Below the pieces are notes generated by a model. It had not been told where the DNA came from, did no database searches, and saw only the letters and a program-made list of their open reading frames with translations. The position numbers and the translations under genes were made by a program. A DNA stretch of 63,843 bases, the filler included, from Craspedostauros australis (taxonomy: Eukaryota), in the NCBI GenBank assembly GCA_030167865.1. It is 21 parts of 21 records of this genome, joined end to end, with 100 filler letters (N's around TTAATTAATTAA, not from the genome) between each part and the next. Parts side by side here need not be neighbours in the genome. Positions count along the whole stretch, not along the records: positions 58,954 to 62,227 come from JALAGF010005180.1; positions 62,328 to 63,843 come from JALAGF010005209.1; 19 more parts are not named here. One strand, written 5' to 3'. Positions 58,854 to 63,843 of this stretch are shown here, piece after piece; within the stretch, counting starts at the first letter, position 1; the number at the start of each line of letters is the position of its first letter.

Positions 58854-61800
58854 NNNNNNNNNNNNNNNNNNNNNNNNNNNNNNNNNNNNNNNNNNNNTTA
58901 ATTAATTAANNNNNNNNNNNNNNNNNNNNNNNNNNNNNNNNNNNNNNNNNNNNTGGACGCTATCCTATCAGACTCAATTTTCAGCATATCAACACATCCG
59001 TTTGGTTTCTCATCCGTTTCACTGAGCACACACACACACACACTCCTCGCACTTGCCCGCGGTGTATGGCAATTATCAGACCATCAGCTTCCGCACCTCA
59101 GTCAACTAGTCATAAACCCAAGTAGCTGTATTCTAAGACCGCGATCTATCACATAGTANNNNNNNNNNNNNNNNNNNNNNNNNNNNNNNNNNNNNNNNNN
59201 NNNNNNNNGCTTCCGCACCTCAGTCAACTAGTCATAAACCCAAGTAGCTGTATTCTAAGACCGCGATCTATCACATAGTAGTCGGATCATTTGGGGGGTA
59301 CCAGCTACATACACTTTTGATCCGCTGCATCATGCGGTTACGTTCCAGGTCATTGGTACGTATGTGCCTACGGACATGCAATTCAGAGGACTACGTTGTG
59401 ACCTTGAGGACCAACTCCAACCATTCGCGGCATGCAATGCAATAGCCACGCTACGAACACTCGACCACGTATTCGTTACTTTTGGAATGCGGTTCACAAG
59501 AAACAACCAGACGGACCAAGGAACAACGCCAACAGCACAAAAGAATGAAGTTATGCTTTCGCGGCGACGGCCACCAATCCCATGATCATTGCGAGCCCAT
59601 GCAATTGAAGTATGATCGGTCGTGACACATTGCGATCTCGCTGCAGATTCCATTTTTCACAGCCGGCACATATTCAAGGACACGGAGAGCACCATCCGCA
59701 TCATCCCCGCAACAAGAGTAATAAATAGGCTTCCGCAAGAGAGCTGCTGTCCATTTTCCTGCTATACTCAGCTTGCTGCCGTGGTTCATGGTGATTGCAG
59801 TCTCAGCCATTTCGTGTTTTGCATGATATTTTGCAGGGAATATGAACTAGCGTTTTGCTCCACAAGAAACAAAAAATGACGAGTCAATGGTTCAGCTGGC
59901 CCGTGGCACATTTTTTTTGGCCCGTCTGAACTCCAACCTGTGAAGTGACGTCGCTCACTTTTTGCCGCTTTGGAAGTGCGCGCCAGTCGCTGCCGATCGT
60001 TTTACTCTCCATGCTTGGGTGCACTCGTCTCTCACCCATGGAACCGTCCTGCCAGGTGCGTGCATGGCTGCCACAAATGAAAGTTGTACAAATGCTTGGG
60101 CTCCTATCACCAACAATAGGTCGTGCGGTGCTGTTTTCATTTNGTTCCATTTCTCCATTCGAATATTGGTGTTGTCATTGCTGTTTTCGTTCCNTGCTNG
60201 GTGCTCCACTTGTGCCATGGAACTATGCAGCACATGTGCCAACTTTCTTGTAAAAGGGTGAAAGGCTGATTGATGATTACTTGACTGTCGTCTTCTGATT
60301 GCAGCGCGAGAGTGAGCGATGCCCTGCATGCACCGTGCGATGGCACGAGATGTCAGCTCTTGATTGTAGTAGAGCGGTGAACGGAACAGGATGACTGATG
60401 GCTCTGACGTTGCTGGTCTGATGATCAAAGAAGGACAACGATGCTGAATGATGTTGTGTCATGCACGAGGATCTGGGAACCGATGTAGAGGGGTTTTCTG
60501 AGGCGGCAACAATCCAGAAAGTCCGTGGCGAAATGGCCTGGATAGCTCATATGTCGCATCCGGCGCATCGCGTGGGAGCAATGGGCAGCTTGAAACGAAG
60601 CACTTTTTGAAGGTCAAGACTCGGCCGAAGCCGGAATAAATCAAGCTCTTCGCAATAGATCAGAATCATGTCGTCTCCGCCGCGAGCACCATCGGCCCAC
60701 TCACCACAGGATTCAACGGACGGCACCAACAGCAGACGCGCACATAGCGCAGGTCGCGATATGGGTCGAGCAAACNGCACAGATGTTGCATGAACCGACT
60801 GCCTCTGGCACCCTGTTTACGTGGCTGAAGCGCAGAAGACGCGCTCATCCAACCCCTGCCTAAAATGTAAAGCAGCCGCATACACGACAGCTCGCATACA
60901 CGACAGCTCGCACATTCACTGAATGCATACAACAATCAACAGATTCCGTGCTCCCTTAGTGTCCCGCGCGAAGTTGAGAGGAGGCAAAGGGAAGCGCCTC
61001 CAGCGCAGCCCCATAAGAGAGTTTGATTTTTGCATTATTTGTTTGCTCATGCACGAGGATCTGAAGCTTCAAGGAACATGACAGACGACGTAGGATGATG
61101 GAGGGAGTTGCAATTTTCGGGGCGAGGTTGGTGATGGCACCATTTGTTGATTGGTATCTTTCATCGAGTCCCCAGTCACGGATTACTGACAACTCCATCG
61201 ACTCTCACAACTTTGCCGTATGCGTTCACAAAATACGATCGGGCACTGTGCCATGCATGGACGTGGTCGATCGGGACGGCTCGTACTCGCATATGNCCGA
61301 TGATAGTGCCNATACGCATCAAAGTATTGCTTGCGTTTTGTTGCTGTAGACTGGCTCAGATCAGCCTACATTGGTGCATCCATCCGTCCGAGAGGCATTG
61401 AGGTTGCAGGCTATGCACATGCTGATATGGGTATGGGTATCCAACCATTCAGGTCTTTGCAGAGGCTTCAGGAGCAGATCAAGGGCGTTGATACACCTAT
61501 GAGCGCCCCCTCGATACAACACAGTTTGATGGACGTCCTGAGATTGATGATTCCAATGGGGATTTGTTCAGATATGGTTCATGTTGGCAGTTCCTGGATG
61601 GTGTCACGTGAATGCAAAGTTTGAAGGAGCCGGTATTCGAAGATGCAAATACAGCAAATAACTACATGGAAAGTGTCCGGGAGAGGTCCAAGGATAAGCT
61701 CAAGATGATTTCATTCCTCCAAATTGATCGTTGCAGTGCAGATATAGGCCGGTTTGACCCACAGTGGCGTTCGACGATCGGTGTCATCGTGTGTACGAGG

Positions 61801-62594
61801 AACATGAAGGTTTCAACCCCTTACGCAAGAAAAGAAAGCGTACAAACCCACGGAATATGCCGACGGAAAGGCATTGGATGGGTCCCGATCGGTTGCATGC
61901 CTTCGGACTGGTCATTCCCATGCATGAGTAGCAAAATCGCGAAACACCGAGGAGCTGAATATTCACCATTGCGTGCATGACCAAATTGGACCGGAGGATC
62001 CCATAAATATGCAAATACGGTCTATAACCACTCGGAGCGTGCCCATCGGGGACCACACCATGGCCCACCATCGTTGGTTTGCTTGAGGATCGATGATTTG
62101 TATGCACTTCTGGCCAGAACACGATATTCAGTGTTGCTGAATATTCAGCTTCATGTGTGTGACGAAATTGTGCGGAGGCACGCTTAAATATGCAATGGCG
62201 GCCTATAACCACTCGGAACGCACCCATNNNNNNNNNNNNNNNNNNNNNNNNNNNNNNNNNNNNNNNNNNNNTTAATTAATTAANNNNNNNNNNNNNNNNN
62301 NNNNNNNNNNNNNNNNNNNNNNNNNNNTACCTGCAGACCGCTATCCTGGCCTACTCACCCGGCAAGACCGCGACCACCATGGAGTTCGATACTCTCGTTG
62401 AGCTCGTTCGATCGTACGCTGTTCAACTCGATGGCCACGACGCCAACAAGCCCAAGCCGCCGCGCCAGGCCAACAACGCCGACCAGCGCAAGCAACGCGG
62501 GAAGGATAAGGACGACGGACCCAATCTCTGGAAGCCCAACAAGGNNNNNNNNNNNNNNNNNNNNNNNNNNNNNNNNNNNNNNNNNNNNNNNNNN

Positions 62595-63843
62595 AACCAC
62601 CAGCGCATTCCCCTTCGAACCAACGAAGACCGAACCAACGGAGAAGACCGGACGCGACCTCGCCGCAGATTTCAACCGCAGCATCAAACGTAACATTAGC
62701 GACTATCCCAAGTTGTCTGATGATAAATACTTTGCTACATTCCATCGTCGTCTGCGTGCCACCGCTGCTGCTCATGGCATCTCCAATGTTCTCGATACTA
62801 ACTACGTCCCGTCCGATGAACAAGCCGAGCTCTTCAANNNNNNNNNNNNNNNNNNNNNNNNNNNNNNNNNNNNNNNNNNNNNNNNNNNNNNNNNNNNNNN
62901 NNNNNNNNNNNNNNNNGAGTCGATCTGTGACGGCCAAGCCGTCTACTGCATGCTGGTTCGCGAGTACACCACCGGTGCTACTGCTGTCAACACCATCCGA
63001 CGCATCCGCGACGACATCATCAAGTTCAAGCTGGATAAGCAGTGGCGCAAGACGCGTGAGCAGTTCCTAGACCTGTGGCAACACAAGGTACACGAGCTTG
63101 AGGCATTGCGTGATGACCCGATCGACGACGCGACGAAGAAGGAGTGGTTGACCAATGCCATTGAGGCAGACAAGGCTCTGTACCAGTCTATCTTCCAGAC
63201 TGACTACCTGCAGACCGCAATTCTGGCCTACTCACCCGGCACGTCCACGACCACCATGGAGTTCGATACCCTCGTTGAGCTCGTCCGTTCGTACGCTGTC
63301 CAACTCGATGGCCACGACGCCAGCAAGCCAAAGCCGCCGCGCCAAGCCAACAATGCCGACCAGCGCAAACAACGCGGGAAGGATAAGGACGACGGACCCA
63401 ATCTCTGGAAGCCCAACAAGGACTACAGCAAAGAGACACGAGAACGGCTGCCACGTGAGGAGTTCAATAAGCTGACTGACAGGCAACGCAGCGACTTCCT
63501 CCAAGCCCGGCGAGCCAAGTCCGGACGTGGTAAGAAGGACAAGCCTAGGCGTTCCGCCAACAACACCAACCGCAGTGGATCCACATCCAACCAGAACGAC
63601 CAACAGGACACCCAGGCCAGCGACAACGGTAGTAACAATAATGAGTCTAGTTCTACCGCCGGAACAGCAATCAACCGTATGCTTTCCAATGCCATGTCTA
63701 GCGCGTCCGGGAGCCCGCCGGCTACCCTCGTCATTGACGGTCGCACCTACACCTTGTCACACACGAACGTATCGTACAAGTTCAACAACGCGAACGTGAC
63801 TGTGCAAGGCGCATTGGTGGATGGAGGTGCGAACGGCGGTCTC
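62595..63843 (+). mobile_element. Copia Gag through protease start (62328-62544 is a duplicate of part of it)
   Basis: Hand translation: DFNRSIKRNISDYPKLSDDKYF..HGISNVLD..DGQAVYCMLVREY..FDTLVELVRSYAVQLD..GALVDGGANGGL; runs off the window. Confidence 0.85.

Noticed and set aside
58954..61950. Short ORFs in this scaffold (and similarly in 4292-6900)
   Set aside because: No recognisable domains, splice-consistent structure or in-window homologues.
1654..62283. Regularly recurring TTAATTAATTAA palindrome as a biological motif
   Set aside because: Always centred in ~100-nt N blocks and gives stops in all six frames; it is a concatenation linker.

Overview
This window is not one locus. It is 21 small scaffolds joined by 20 artificial linkers (N44-TTAATTAATTAA-N44, stops in all six frames), with many internal N gaps, so only neighbourhoods inside a scaffold are meaningful. 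A silicon transporter, GT-AG introns and a TTAGGG telomere point to a eukaryote, most likely a diatom. Most content is mobile or repetitive DNA: about eight Ty1/copia-type gag/pol fragments, an ~1.17 kb LTR family with several copies (one solo LTR with an AGGTT target-site duplication), three Sola-like DDD transposases, a Harbinger/ISL2EU-like transposase with three neighbouring ORFs, a piggyBac-like transposase with a large 24-aa repeat N-terminus and a possible YqaJ-like motif, a 2.3 kb TIR element, satellites and a chromosome end. Host genes are two tandem flavin monooxygenase fragments and an SIT gene divergently paired with a secreted Lys/Gly/Asp-rich silaffin-like ORF. The best candidates for undescribed systems are the SIT/silaffin-like pair (53156-55787), the repeat-piggyBac-like gene with its upstream 239-bp palindrome (29290-35490) and the four-ORF Harbinger-like cluster (16761-22397). 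All family calls come from motif recognition by eye; no database searches were run.
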